64,000 nt of DNA from Piromyces finnis finn (Eukaryota; Fungi; Neocallimastigomycota). How positions within the stretch are numbered: the stretch's first letter is position 1; every line of letters starts with the position of its first letter. The stretch is taken from assembly GCA_002104945.1 (NCBI GenBank), contig MCFH01000069.1, positions 1 through 64,000 on the forward strand, in the 5' to 3' direction. Positions 8,963 to 21,369 of this stretch are shown piece by piece. A program made the position numbers and the translations under genes. The notes beneath the pieces were generated by a model that worked only from the letters and a program-made list of their open reading frames with translations, had not been told where the DNA came from and ran no database searches.

Positions 8963-9643
8963 TTAGTTTTCATCGTTAGAATCTTCTTCTTGGTCTAATG
9001 GAGCATCAATTTCAGATTCTTCACCAGCCATACTTGGTTCTTCAACTTCTTCCTTTGGCTTTTCTGGTTCAGCTGGTTCATCATCAGATTCTGGAGCTTC
9101 TTCCTTTGGCTTTTCTGGTTCAGCTTGTTCATCATCAGATTCTGGAGCTTCTTCCTTTGGCTTTTCTGGTTCAGCTTGTTCATCGTCAGATTCTGGAGCT
9201 TCTTCCTTTGGCTTTTCTGGTTCAGCTTGTTCATCGTCAGATTCTGGAGCTTCTTCCTTTGGCTTTTCTGGTTCAGCTTGTTCATCATCAGATTCAAATT
9301 CAGATTCAACAATACTGTCTTCAAATGGGTTTTCTTCTTCTGGCTTGTCAGTTGGAACAATAACGTTAACCTTAGTAGTAGTAGTAGTAGCTCTAGTTCT
9401 AGTTCTGGTAATAGTAATAGTTGGGGTATTAGTTTGAGTGGTAGTAGTAGTTTTAGTAACAATTTCTTCAGTAGCAGTTATTTCATCATCAATATAATCA
9501 GTAACAACTTCAGTTGGTTCAATAGTTTCAGTAATGTAAATTAAAGTTTCGAATTCATCTTCATTAATAGCTTTAGCCTTAATATATGGTAAAATAGCAA
9601 GTAAAACTGCCATTAAAAATAAAACATTCTTCATTCCGAACAT
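8963..9643 (-). CDS. Secreted Thr-rich/acidic low-complexity repeat protein (226 aa)
   Basis: Hydrophobic signal-like N-terminus (MKNVLFLMAVLLAILPYIKA), Thr tract, five 17-aa repeats; no catalytic domain recognised. Confidence 0.75.
   Translation of the reverse strand: MFGMKNVLFLMAVLLAILPYIKAKAINEDEFETLIYITETIEPTEVVTDYIDDEITATEEIVTKTTTTTQTNTPTITITRTRTRATTTTTKVNVIVPTDKPEEENPFEDSIVESEFESDDEQAEPEKPKEEAPESDDEQAEPEKPKEEAPESDDEQAEPEKPKEEAPESDDEQAEPEKPKEEAPESDDEPAEPEKPKEEVEEPSMAGEESEIDAPLDQEEDSNDEN
9041..9295 (-). repeat. Coding minisatellite, 5 x 51 bp (ESDDEQAEPEKPKEEAP)
   Basis: Near-perfect 51-bp repeats seen directly. Confidence 0.9.
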
Positions 9644-12600
9644 TTTGTATATATTTACTTTTTAAAATAAAAACTTTGAAATAAAAAAAAAAAAACGTTT
9701 CAATAAATAATTTAATAAATATTAATTCTTTTTAAAAAAGATTAATTAATAACAAAATAAAATTAAGAGGAAATGAAGTGCTTTTTATATTTTTTTATTA
9801 TATAAATTAAAAATAAAAAGTAATATATTATATTTTAAAGATTATATATAAATATAATTAATTATTGATAAATTGATAAAAAAAAAAGATATATATAAAA
9901 AGGTTTTTTTTTTTTTTTTTTAATTAAATTCTTCATACACTTTTTTTAACAAGTTATTGTATTTAAAATGTATATATAATAAGCAATATTATAGTAAATA
10001 AATAGTTATCAACGAATAATATTCAATGTTGTAACATACATTTTTAATTACATTAAAATCTTATTTATTATTTAATCATATATTAAACTTCTTTTTAGGT
10101 ATAACAATTTATAATTAAATTAATTATTCAATATAATGGCTGAAAATTAAAAATGATATCGAATCAAAATAACGAAGCATTAATTAATATATTAACGCTA
10201 ATATATTAATTTTATATATTATAATATATTTATTCAATATATTTTAGTTAACAGAAGCTTTTGATGAATTTTACATTGAATGAAAATGTACACTTGTACC
10301 TCTTTTACAATAAATACTTTATTTTATATATTTAAATATTTAAAAATGTAAAGAAACGGTTGTTTTATTCTATTCAATGGAAATCAACATTGGTATTATT
10401 ATTATTATTCTTTTTTACATTTAGCACACTTTGTCCTGGTTTAGTTTTTTTTATTTTTTTTTTTAAAAAAAAAGTATGTATCTAAAATCTTTTATTATAA
10501 TCCTATAAAAATGGATAATAAATCAATTGATAATATATATCAATTTAATTATTAATATTACATAATATAAATTATATATATAAGCTATTAAATATTTTAT
10601 TTATAGCTTGATATTTTTGGCCACTTTCTCTAAAGTACTTTTAATGAACGAATGATAAATGGTGTTTATATATAAAAGATTTTATATAGATTTAATAATA
10701 AACGTATGTAAGAACGATGCCATAAATAATAATAGAAAAAGTGTATTAAATGTAACATATTATGCTAAGAGCGTTCTGTATTGCTAATGAAGATAAAAAT
10801 TCATTTGTTCATTTGATAAATAATTACCGTACAATGTACATTAATGTAATAAAATACATTTCATTCTTTGTTTAAAGCATTTTTATTAAACTATTTTTTT
10901 TATTATTAATTTTTTTTAATAAATTATAAAGTCGCGTAATTAATGCATAATAATATATTAAATTTATAATTCTATTCAATTTTTATAGAGAAATGTAAAA
11001 CGGTAGAAAAAAAAAACTTTAACCATTATCATTTTTCATTTTCTTCTTTTAACGTATTATAGTGCCCATGCCTTCTATCCATATACCATCTCATTATAAT
11101 ACTATATATACTTTACATTTTTTTTTTAACTCAGTAAGGCTTAGTAGATTTTCTATTCCTTTCTTTTTTTTTAAAAAATGTTGACATTGAAAAATAAAGT
11201 TTAATTACTTATTGTATACATATTGTATACACATTGTTACATTCTTAGGGTTGATCTTTAAAATATAAAGTTTTTATACTTTTGTCCTGCCACTAAATTT
11301 TTATTATTTTATGCCTTTACAGTATTTCCTTTTTTTTTGACCAGTGTTTCAGAAAAAAAAATAATATTTTTTTCCAAATGATGAATTTCAGTAAAGATAA
11401 GATTAAAAGCATGGGTTAAACTAATGGTGTTATTAGCAAAAAGTAAATTCTTTATAATAAATGATTGAAAGGTAAAATAAAGTATAATAATAAAAAAAGA
11501 ATGGTTAAAACACCCTTTTTTACTATTTTATTTTTTTTATTTATTTTTCTGTTGAATAATCTTTTCAAAAAAAGTTCTTTTTTTTTTTAAGAAGCGATAA
11601 TAAATTCATTTTCAGTGATATGATTGGATTGATAAAAATAATTAAAATTACAAAAATTATACCATTTTTAATATTTATTTATTCTTTTTTATTAAAAAGG
11701 AAATTTTAAAATAAGCAATAAATTAAAAAAAAAATCAAAAAGATTTATTAAAAAAAAAAAAAAGAGGAAATTTTAATTATTAAAAAGTTAAAAGAATGTT
11801 GTTACTATTCATTAAAAGGAATTAAAAGAACTAAAAAAAAAAAATAAAAACAACTTTTATCAATGATTGTATATTTTAATAAGAAAACTTGATAAAAGTT
11901 TGAAATTAAAAGTATTGTTTAGTGATGGTAATGGCAAGTAAATAAATGAAGTGGTAAATGGTAGCATAAAAAGACTCTTTACTTTTTATTATAAAATTAA
12001 AAATTTTTTATTTTTTAGAGTTTTTTATTAATTAGAAATATAAAAAAAAATTTTGTCATTTTTTTAAATAAATTAATAAAAATGCTTAAAGCTTATTGGT
12101 GGATGCAAGTTATTTTTTATATAAAGTAAATTCTTTTTTTTGTAAAATATAAAGGTGTCATTGGGAGGTACTTTTAAAAGTTTTATTCCAATTTAAGATG
12201 GAGTCTTCTAAAAAGGAAGAAAAGAAGAGAAGGAAAAGTTGTTGTTTTTTCTTGAGGTTAAGAAATTATAAGATAGTATTGTAAAAAGTTCACTTTTTAT
12301 TTATAATGAATTCAACAGAGGCAGTGTGTATCCTTTATTAAAGTAAAAAATTTTTATTTATTTTGATAAACTTTAGATAAATAAAGGTTTTTTTTTTTTT
12401 TTTTTATTTGATTGAACTTGATATTTTTTCATAGTATAAAATTGGATTTATATTTTTATTGAATACTCCGAATGAATAGTTTAAAGAAAGAAGAAAGGAA
12501 GGAAGGAAGGAATGACAATAGTTTAAAGGAATATCTTTTTTTTATAATTTTATTACTATTATTTGATGCTTACCACTACCAACAACTACTTGGTATTTTT

Positions 12601-14127
12601 CATGACAAGATCAATAATATTCTGATAAACTATATAATACTAATTAAATAATACTAAACTTATTAATCATTAAATAAAAAGCAATACTAATTTATTTATT
12701 TATTTATTTAAATTAATCTTTTTTTTTTAAAAAAAAAGTAAAATGATAATTTGATAAAATTTAAAAATTGTTTTTTTTTTTTTATTAAATAAATTATGCA
12801 ATTAATTTAAAAAAAAAATGACACAATTTTTTATTTTTTAACCCAATATATTTGTATACATCAAAAGTATTACATCAAAAAAAAAATTTTTTTTTCCATA
12901 TTTTCATATATTAAAAAATAAAAGGATATATCTATTGAAACATAATTTTTTTTTATTCATTATTTTATATGGTGGTGAAGAAAGTAAAAAAGTAATCCAT
13001 AAACTACAGATTAGTAATACAACAACAAAAGGAAAAAAAATATTTGAAGTAAATAAAACTTATTATTATATATTGCATTTAACAAGAAAATAAACTATCC
13101 TTTTTTTTTTTTTATAAAATTTATTATCATTTCTTATTTTTGAATTTAAAAAAAAAAATCCATTATTATCATGATTATTGAAAATTGAAATTATACTACT
13201 ATTAAAATAATAAAGACACTTTTATTTTATATATATACATTTTACTTCAAATATTAATAAAATATAATAATTCTTACAATATATATAGATTGAAATGAAA
13301 TTCCTTGATAAAAAATAAAATAAATTAGAATATATTTAAGAGGTACAAGGTAAATTTTGAAAAGTTAATTATATAAATGATTAACTATTATTATTATTTT
13401 TTTTTAAAAAAAATAATCAACCTTTTCGGATATTTCCATTTATTTTATAATAATAGTAATAATTAAATTTTGATAAAAACTATAGTCTGTAAAATAATAT
13501 GCTCATATACACAATTTTAATATTTCTTGTAGTTTTTAGTTTTATATTTTTAATATTTTTGATAATAAAATTATATTAATATACTACACCTATTAATATT
13601 GACACACAAAGGAACAAAAAAAATTTTTATAATAAGAAATAATAGAAATAGATATGAATTTACAAATAAAAAATGGGTTAATAATGTATTATGATGAATA
13701 ACAACCTCCCAAAAAATTAAATAAATTTTATATTACTGAGATATATAGGTTGTATAGGTGTATAAACCATAAAAATTTTGTAAAAAGTTTAATATCATTA
13801 GGTTTAAACTCTGCTCCCAAAAAAAAAAACACTCCTACAAAAAATTTAATTTATAATATTTGATTTTAATATTAAAATTAATTTAGTACTGGAAAAAAAA
13901 ATTTATTGGTCAAAGATAGGATTAAATAAAAAAAATAAAAATCAAATTTAAAGTTTATAGGAGACAATAAATAATAATAATAATAATTAGAATAATAATA
14001 ATAAAAATAAAATTCTATAGATTTTTTAAAAATAGTATATTTGATGATGTCAGTAATACTAATCTTATCTTTTCTTTTTTTTTTATTCCTTATAATAATT
14101 ATATGGTAAAGTCTGTTGATCGTGGAA

Positions 14128-15975
14128 ATGAAGAAAATAATAGCAGTTATTATTTTCATTTTATTGATTTCATTTTTCCCTAATGTATCAGGTATTAAAA
14201 ATGAGTATATAGATAAATTATCAAAGTCTCAACTAAAATCACGAATGAAGAACCTTTATGGTGAAAATCGTGAAATAAAGGGTAAATATGACAAAAAATT
14301 AGCAGTAACTTGTCATAATGGAATTTTTGTTGGTAATAAAACAGAAAATGTTATTTCATACAAAGGTATACCATATGCTAAAAAACCTACTGGAGAACTA
14401 AGATGGAAAGACCCTGTTTTAGCGGAGAAAGATGACAGGGTATATGAAGCCTATTATTTTGGCCATTCCCCTATACAAACAGAATGGGAAAGTGAACCTG
14501 GTTCCTATTACCCTCAAAATGAGGATTGTTTAAAATTAAATGTTTGGGTAAATTCTGAAAATAATGCAAAAAATAAAACAGTTATGGTATTTATTCATGG
14601 CGGATCATATGGATGGGGTGCGACAAGTGATCCCATTTACGATGGTTATAATTTAATCTCAAAGTATTCGGATGTAATTTTAGTGACAATAGAATTTCGA
14701 CTTGGTATCTTGGGATTTATTGATTTTTCATCGGTTCCCGGAGGAGATGATTATAAAACAAGTGGTAATTTAGGTCTTTTAGATCAAATTTGTGCTTTGA
14801 AATGGATCAAAAAGAATATTTCAAAATTTGGTGGAGATCCGAATAATATTACTTTATTTGGCGAGTCTTCAGGAGCTGGTTCTATTTCATTATTACCTTT
14901 AATAGAAGGAACGGATCATCTTTTTCATAGAATAATTGCCCAAAGTGGGTCCATCAATCTTACCTATTCTAAAAAAGAGTGTGAAAAATTAACCAAAAAA
15001 CTTTTAAAAGCTTCCCATGCGACGTCTATGAAGGATCTCGTTGCAATTTCCGAGGAAGATATTATTAAGCTTAACAAAGGCTTAAATGATAATAATAATT
15101 TTCCAGAGAGGGATGGTGTTGTTTTACCAGAAGATTTATACAAGGCTTATGCTTCTGGAAAAACGAAAAAAATTGATATGCTCATCGGTAGTAATAAAGA
15201 TGAAGTACGCTATTGGATTAATGAAATGGGATATTATACCGATTTGTTCAGTGGCAAGTTTATTTATACCCATTGTCTTCCCATTTTATATGAAAATAAT
15301 CTTAAGAGCATGAGCGATACGGATAAAGGACATGCCGAAAAATTTATTAAACGAATCAAGGATAAAAAGGTTTGGCGAATTACTGAATTTTATAATGAGT
15401 TAATTTTTAGAATCCCAATGGTAAAACAGGCAGAATTGCATTCTTCTTCAGGAGGTAAATCATTTGTTTACCATTGGAAATTTTCTGGGGAAGATTCCTT
15501 ACTAGGGGCTTGTCATGCTATTGAATTAGCCTATGTGTTTAATAATCTTGATGAAAGAATATATACCGGAAATAAAATTAGTGTTCATCTTGCTAATCAA
15601 GTCCAAGACATGTGGATTAATTTTGCTAGAAATGGCAAACCTTACTCAAAATGGGAATCCTATAATAATAAAACGTGTCAAACCATGATTCTTGATGGTG
15701 GCGATAATAAGATTGTAATGGAAAGTGACTATAAGCGTGAAGAACGTCAATTAATTGAACCCCTTCTCAAGTATTATTTTAATGGAAATTATTCTCAACT
15801 TTCTTTAAAAGTTTCTCAATTTTATAAAATTATTGCCCAATGTGTAGCTACCCTTTTTCTTTTCATTATCGTCGTCGGGGGTTTATTATATACCATGATA
15901 AAATATATTGATCACAAAATGTATACTCATAATTATTTTATTGAACTTGAAGAGGATGACGTTTACGATGTTTAA
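14128..15975 (+). CDS. Type-B carboxylesterase with signal peptide and C-terminal transmembrane helix
   Basis: YKGIPYA, EDCLKLNVW, FIHGGSYGWG (oxyanion), GNLGLLDQ, FGESSG (Ser), GSNKDE (Glu), GACHAIEL (His); first ATG at 14128 (track ORF starts at TTG 14116). Confidence 0.92.
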   Translation: MKKIIAVIIFILLISFFPNVSGIKNEYIDKLSKSQLKSRMKNLYGENREIKGKYDKKLAVTCHNGIFVGNKTENVISYKGIPYAKKPTGELRWKDPVLAEKDDRVYEAYYFGHSPIQTEWESEPGSYYPQNEDCLKLNVWVNSENNAKNKTVMVFIHGGSYGWGATSDPIYDGYNLISKYSDVILVTIEFRLGILGFIDFSSVPGGDDYKTSGNLGLLDQICALKWIKKNISKFGGDPNNITLFGESSGAGSISLLPLIEGTDHLFHRIIAQSGSINLTYSKKECEKLTKKLLKASHATSMKDLVAISEEDIIKLNKGLNDNNNFPERDGVVLPEDLYKAYASGKTKKIDMLIGSNKDEVRYWINEMGYYTDLFSGKFIYTHCLPILYENNLKSMSDTDKGHAEKFIKRIKDKKVWRITEFYNELIFRIPMVKQAELHSSSGGKSFVYHWKFSGEDSLLGACHAIELAYVFNNLDERIYTGNKISVHLANQVQDMWINFARNGKPYSKWESYNNKTCQTMILDGGDNKIVMESDYKREERQLIEPLLKYYFNGNYSQLSLKVSQFYKIIAQCVATLFLFIIVVGGLLYTMIKYIDHKMYTHNYFIELEEDDVYDV

Positions 15976-18314
15976 ATTCCTTATCCTTGTGAAAAGAAAA
16001 TTTTTAAAAGACGATATTTAAACCCACTAGCCTTGGAAAAGGCAATTTAATTTAAGTTTTAATCTATATTTATCTATTTTACCTATTTTTTTTTTTTTAA
16101 AAAAAAAATCATAATGTGACATATATATTTATTTATTCCAAAAAAAAAAAAAAAAAAGATATCCAACATTATTATTATAGGCTTGACATAATTATTTTTA
16201 ATTAATTTTTCATAAAAAAAATTATATATATCTATCATTTAACGAACTCTCTCTCCAAAGGTTTTTTTTTTTTTTTTTATTATTATTATTTACTTTTTAT
16301 TAATTTTCATTTCATCTACAGTTTTTATTTTTTTTAATATTATAATAATAGTATAATATTCATTTTTCTAAAATTATCCTAGTTAGGCTAACAAAGAATT
16401 ATATATTATTTCATTATATATATATATATTGGTAAATGTATATATTAGTAAAACATATTTTATTTTTTTTTTAAATTCTTTAATATATAAAATAATATAT
16501 ATTATTAGCATATATTATTAATATTTTAATTCTATATTAATTCTATTTTATTTTAATAAATAGCATAAGGGTATCGACCCATTGTTTTTCGTTTTTTTTT
16601 TTTTTATTATTTTTATATCTTCACCTTCAATATATTTATTATATCTATTAATTGGTGATGTTTTAGTTATTACACACTTTTTAATCTATATCACAATGAC
16701 AAGACCACTTTTTTTTTTTTCTTTATTTAAATTAATCATAAAAATATATATAATAATAATAAATAAAAAAAATATAAAAATTTATAAAGTTTTCTAGTTT
16801 TATTCATTTGCATTACAAAGGTTATTATTTTGAATATGATGATTGAATTTACGTTTTTCAAATTCTATTTCTGTAATAGAATTAATTTATAAAAAAAATA
16901 GATAATTTGTTTTCTTTGGGTAGATCAAAAGTACAAAATATAAATAAATAATGTATATAATATATATATATATTTTAAGAAAAAAATTGCCACACAAAGT
17001 ATTTATCTTTTTTTTTTTTTTTTTTTTTTTTAGTTTTTAATAATAAAGAAATAGTTATTTATTATAATGTATTGATAATTTATTCATTTTCATATATCTC
17101 TTTACTTTTAAAAATAATTGATATGAATTGTATTATAGAAAGAAGAATTAAAAAAAAGTTTTTTTTTGTATGGATTGCCACACGAAAAAGATTTCTTTTT
17201 TTTTTTTTTTTAATGATAAAAAGATTTTGAATTGTAACAAAGTCAAGGTCAAGATGAAATTAAAGTTAATAATAAATAAATGAATAAATGAATAATACTT
17301 GATTAGATCTACAACATTTTTTTATCGATTGAATTTATAAATGTAAAATAATTAAAAAAAAGTTTAACATTAAGACTTATTAATTATTATTATTGAAATA
17401 GCTAATAATAATAGGAGGAAGGAATAGTTAATAGTGACAGGAAGAGTAACATAAAGAATGAAAAAATAATTATTTTAAAATTTTTATAAATAAAAAAAAA
17501 AGATTTTCAAAGTTTGATTAAAGAAGAAAAGTTTAAATTTCTTAAAAATTTTAAAAAAAAAAAGTTCACCATTTCAAAAACTTTAAAACTTTAAAATGCC
17601 AAAAAAATAAAAAAAGATATTCTGTAAAAAAAAAAAAAAGGAATAAATGAATAAAAAGAATGTTATTAATTGTTTTTTTTATAAGTGTTTAATAGTATCA
17701 AATTATTTGTCATTTTTAAAAGTGACCTTCTAAATTATATATTGATATTTTTTTTTGCTAAATAAAAAGTTAAATCATTTTAGTATATTTTATAAAAATC
17801 AATAAAAAATGGTTCATTCAACCTATAGAATAGACATATAGGTCAATGTAACTGTTGATGCGTTATTCGTTTGGTTTGTTTGATGATTATTGACATCATC
17901 GATTTTTTTTTTTTAGAATTAATTTTCAGAATGGCACGTTCTAATTTTATTTCCTGTTTTATTTTTAAAACTTTTAGCCATTTTAATTTTCTTTATTATT
18001 TCAATAAATCTATTATATCTATTTCTATATAAATACATTAGTATATATATTCCATTTATTTATTTTATTTCAACATCAATAAGAATTAATAATTAGTGGT
18101 ATTTTTCAAATGAATGTCAATGAATAATTTTAAAAATGTAATTAGAAATTAATGTAATGTAATATAAATAAATAAAAATTCAACCAATCAAACATTTATT
18201 GTATTATACCTATATATGACTATTTGAATGTACCATAAATTTTCTAAAATAATACTATTAATCCGATGATGAGATAGTTAATTTAATAATTTTGTTTTAT
18301 TATAATTGGTCGGA

Positions 18315-18707
18315 TTACCATTATTGTCGGTTATTGAAACTGATGGTAAAGAAGTTGAAGCTCATGTCATTGTTAAAACTATAACCACAATCACTAGTAA
18401 ATGATACAGAAGATGCTTATGAGCCAAATAATGATGAAATTTAAAATGAAGATATCAGTTTGAAGATACTGAAACAGAAGATATTAAATTTAACGGATCT
18501 GAAACTAAAAATACCGAATTTAAAGATTGTGATAGTAATAGGGATGAACCATATGTATCAGACTATAAATCTGGAATAAATGATGAAGATGATTATGAAT
18601 TCGATAATGGTGATGAAAAACAAAAGGAAGAAGATAATGAAGAAGAAGAAGAAGAAGAAAAACCAACAGAAAGGGATAATGAATTTAATGAAAATGATGA
18701 AAAATAG
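18315..18707 (+). pseudogene. Degraded Thr-rich/acidic ORF remnant
   Basis: Frame-hopping translation LPLLSVIETDGKEVEAHVIVKTITTITS, NDTEDAYEPNNDE, EDTETEDIK...DEDDYEFDNGDEKQKEEDNEEEEEEE with stops and frameshifts. Confidence 0.45.
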
Positions 18708-19593
18708 ATTCTATTATTATTCTTTTATAATAATAATAATTAAAACTAGCCTTTTTAATTTTTTTAACTACAATTAAGATATTTTATGGTGGTTAGGATT
18801 AAATAATAATTTAAATATAAAATGATAATTTAAAGGGAAAAAAAAAAAAAAAGGTTACAACATTATACATGTAACATGGTAAATAATATATTTTTAAAAC
18901 CAAAATTATTCTATATAGAAAAAATATGAAAAATAATTTATGGTAAATTAAAACCTTTTTTTTTTTAATTAATTATAATTGATGTTTAAAATAAATATAT
19001 AATTGTTTTTTTTTTTTTTATTAATAAATAACAACATGGTAGAATAAATAAACCTTTTTTTTTCTTGTATATTTATTTATTGTTGGTAATAGAATGAATA
19101 AATTAAAAGTTAAATTTTAATATCTATTAAACCAGAATAATAATGAAAAAAAAAAAATAAACAGAAATTAATTAAAATTTAATTAAAAATAGCTGAGTTT
19201 ATTTGTCTACTTAGGATCAAAAAATTTCATTAAGGGATTATGATATAATATTGGTTAGTGTTATGAAGAAAAAAAACTTTGCTCCATTAATTTATTTAAT
19301 GTCTTTTTTTTTTTTAATTAATGATAATATTTTTGTTTTTTTTCTATTTTAAAAAGAAATAACGTTTCATTAATGAAAAACTATATTATTATATATATAA
19401 TATATATGTATAATAAATTAAATTATTTTTAAAAATAATAACAAATTAAATTTAACAAATGAAAGAAAAAAAAAAAGATCCTTATTTTTCTTTTCTTTTA
19501 TTTTTTTTTTTTGAAGCCTTATTTTTAAAATCAAGATATAACTAAAAAAATATTTATTGAACCTAAGAAAAAACATTTATATTAAAAAAAAAA

Positions 19594-20721
19594 ATGCTTT
19601 GGACTAAAAATCTAGTTTATTTATCATTATTATTTGTTAGCATTGTTAATGCTAAGGAACAAGGTGAAAAGAAAGTTAATGAAAACTGTTTTGATATATG
19701 TTGTAATAAAGGTATTTGTCAAGAAAATAATCAAGATAAGAATTGCTTGATTGAAAATGGTTGCGAAAATGAATTCAGTGTATGTTCTGGTAAACGTGTT
19801 TCTATCTATAAACGTAAACTTAATATTGAAGAAGAAAATGATATGGATATTGAAGAAATGAGTGAAGCTGAAGATGAAGTTGATGATTTAGGAGATGATA
19901 ACGAAAGAATTCCCCTAAAAGAGAATGATGATGATGCTGATATTAAATCGGATGAAGAAAACAATTCCTTTGATAATGATAATGATGTAGAAACAACACC
20001 AATAGATGATGATGCCTATTTTGACGAAGAAACTACATCCATTGATGATGATGACGATAGTTATTATATTAAAATTACTACAACTATTACCGAAATTATT
20101 GAACCAACCCCTACAAATCATGTTGAAGAAAAGAAACATCATCCATGGCAATGCGGTAAAAATATTGGTTCTTGTATGGAAGGTTATTGTTGTAGTTATT
20201 ATGGTTGGTGTGGTAAAACAGAAAGATATTGTAATGTTGAGCTTGGTTGTCAATCCGAATTTGGTGACTGCTATATAGGAAAACAAAAAGTAACTACTCC
20301 ATATATTAATGGAAAGAAACAATATCATCCATTGCAATGTGGTAAGGGTATTCATTCTTGTGAAAAGGGATATTGTTGTAGTAGACATGGTTGGTGTGGA
20401 AAGACTGAAAAGTATTGTAATGTTGAACTTGGTTGCCAATCTGAATTTGGTGAATGTTTTAACAATGAGAAAAAGGATAATATTTTATCTGAAGCTACTA
20501 TTGTTAAGCAAGAAGAAGAAACCACCTCAACTCCTACTATGACAATGGAACAAAAAGAAGAAATCAAATCAACTTTAGATAATACCGTATGGAAATGTGG
20601 TAAGGGTATTGGTTCTTGTATTGAAGGTTTTTGTTGTAGTAAGTATGGTTGGTGTGGAAAGAGTTCCTATTATTGTAGTAAAGAAAAAGGTTGTCAATCT
20701 GAATTTGGTAAATGTTGGTAA
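19594..20721 (+). CDS. Secreted chitin-binding protein: three CBM18 (hevein-like) modules plus a degenerate N-terminal one, acidic linker, no catalytic domain
   Basis: Three copies of CGKxIxSCxxGxCCSxxGWCGKxxxYCxxxxGCQSEFGxC; signal peptide. Confidence 0.9.
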   Translation: MLWTKNLVYLSLLFVSIVNAKEQGEKKVNENCFDICCNKGICQENNQDKNCLIENGCENEFSVCSGKRVSIYKRKLNIEEENDMDIEEMSEAEDEVDDLGDDNERIPLKENDDDADIKSDEENNSFDNDNDVETTPIDDDAYFDEETTSIDDDDDSYYIKITTTITEIIEPTPTNHVEEKKHHPWQCGKNIGSCMEGYCCSYYGWCGKTERYCNVELGCQSEFGDCYIGKQKVTTPYINGKKQYHPLQCGKGIHSCEKGYCCSRHGWCGKTEKYCNVELGCQSEFGECFNNEKKDNILSEATIVKQEEETTSTPTMTMEQKEEIKSTLDNTVWKCGKGIGSCIEGFCCSKYGWCGKSSYYCSKEKGCQSEFGKCW

Positions 20722-21369
20722 AGAAAATTAATCCATACTTTTATTTATAAACAGAACTACCCAAAAAAAGAGATAAAAAAAAAAAAAACATATTATTTAA
20801 AATCAAAGCTATCCCTTTTTATCAAATTATTTTAGTTTAAAACAAAGAATTCTATTAAAAAATGTTTTTGTTTTTATATAAATTTAAATATAAATCTATT
20901 ATGTTATTATGTCATTTCATTATACTTTCTTATTGTTCTTTTTTTAAATAATTTAAAATAAATATAATTATTTTTTTAAAAAAAAAATTAAAATTTTATT
21001 CCTCCCAAGTTTTTAATTCTATAGGCATTCTATTTTTATTTGATTTTTAATATTAATTTTATAAATCCTAGTTTTTTCTTTCTTTTTTTTTTTTTTTTTT
21101 TAAAGGATATATTTTTTTTTGTATGTTTTAAATACTAATTTATTTTATTAATAATGTTTAATTCTTTTTTTATTTATTTATTTTTTTTATAGAAAAAAAA
21201 ATATAAAAAATCAATATAAAAAGGAAAATATATATAAAAAGAAATGATAATAAATATTTTAAAAGAAAAATAAAAATAGTTTAATTTTTTTTATTATAAT
21301 GAATACAATAGGTATTTATATGTTATTTATACTAGTTATATGTAGTAATTATGTTTTTTTTTTAATTAT

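Noticed and set aside
9700-14100. Hidden genes or ncRNAs in the long intergenic stretch
   Set aside because: Almost entirely A/T homopolymers; no exon chain, tRNA or snoRNA box pattern could be supported.
17810-17900. GC-richer patch with an acctata/tataggt hairpin
   Set aside because: Single short stem in isolation; no ORF or family match.
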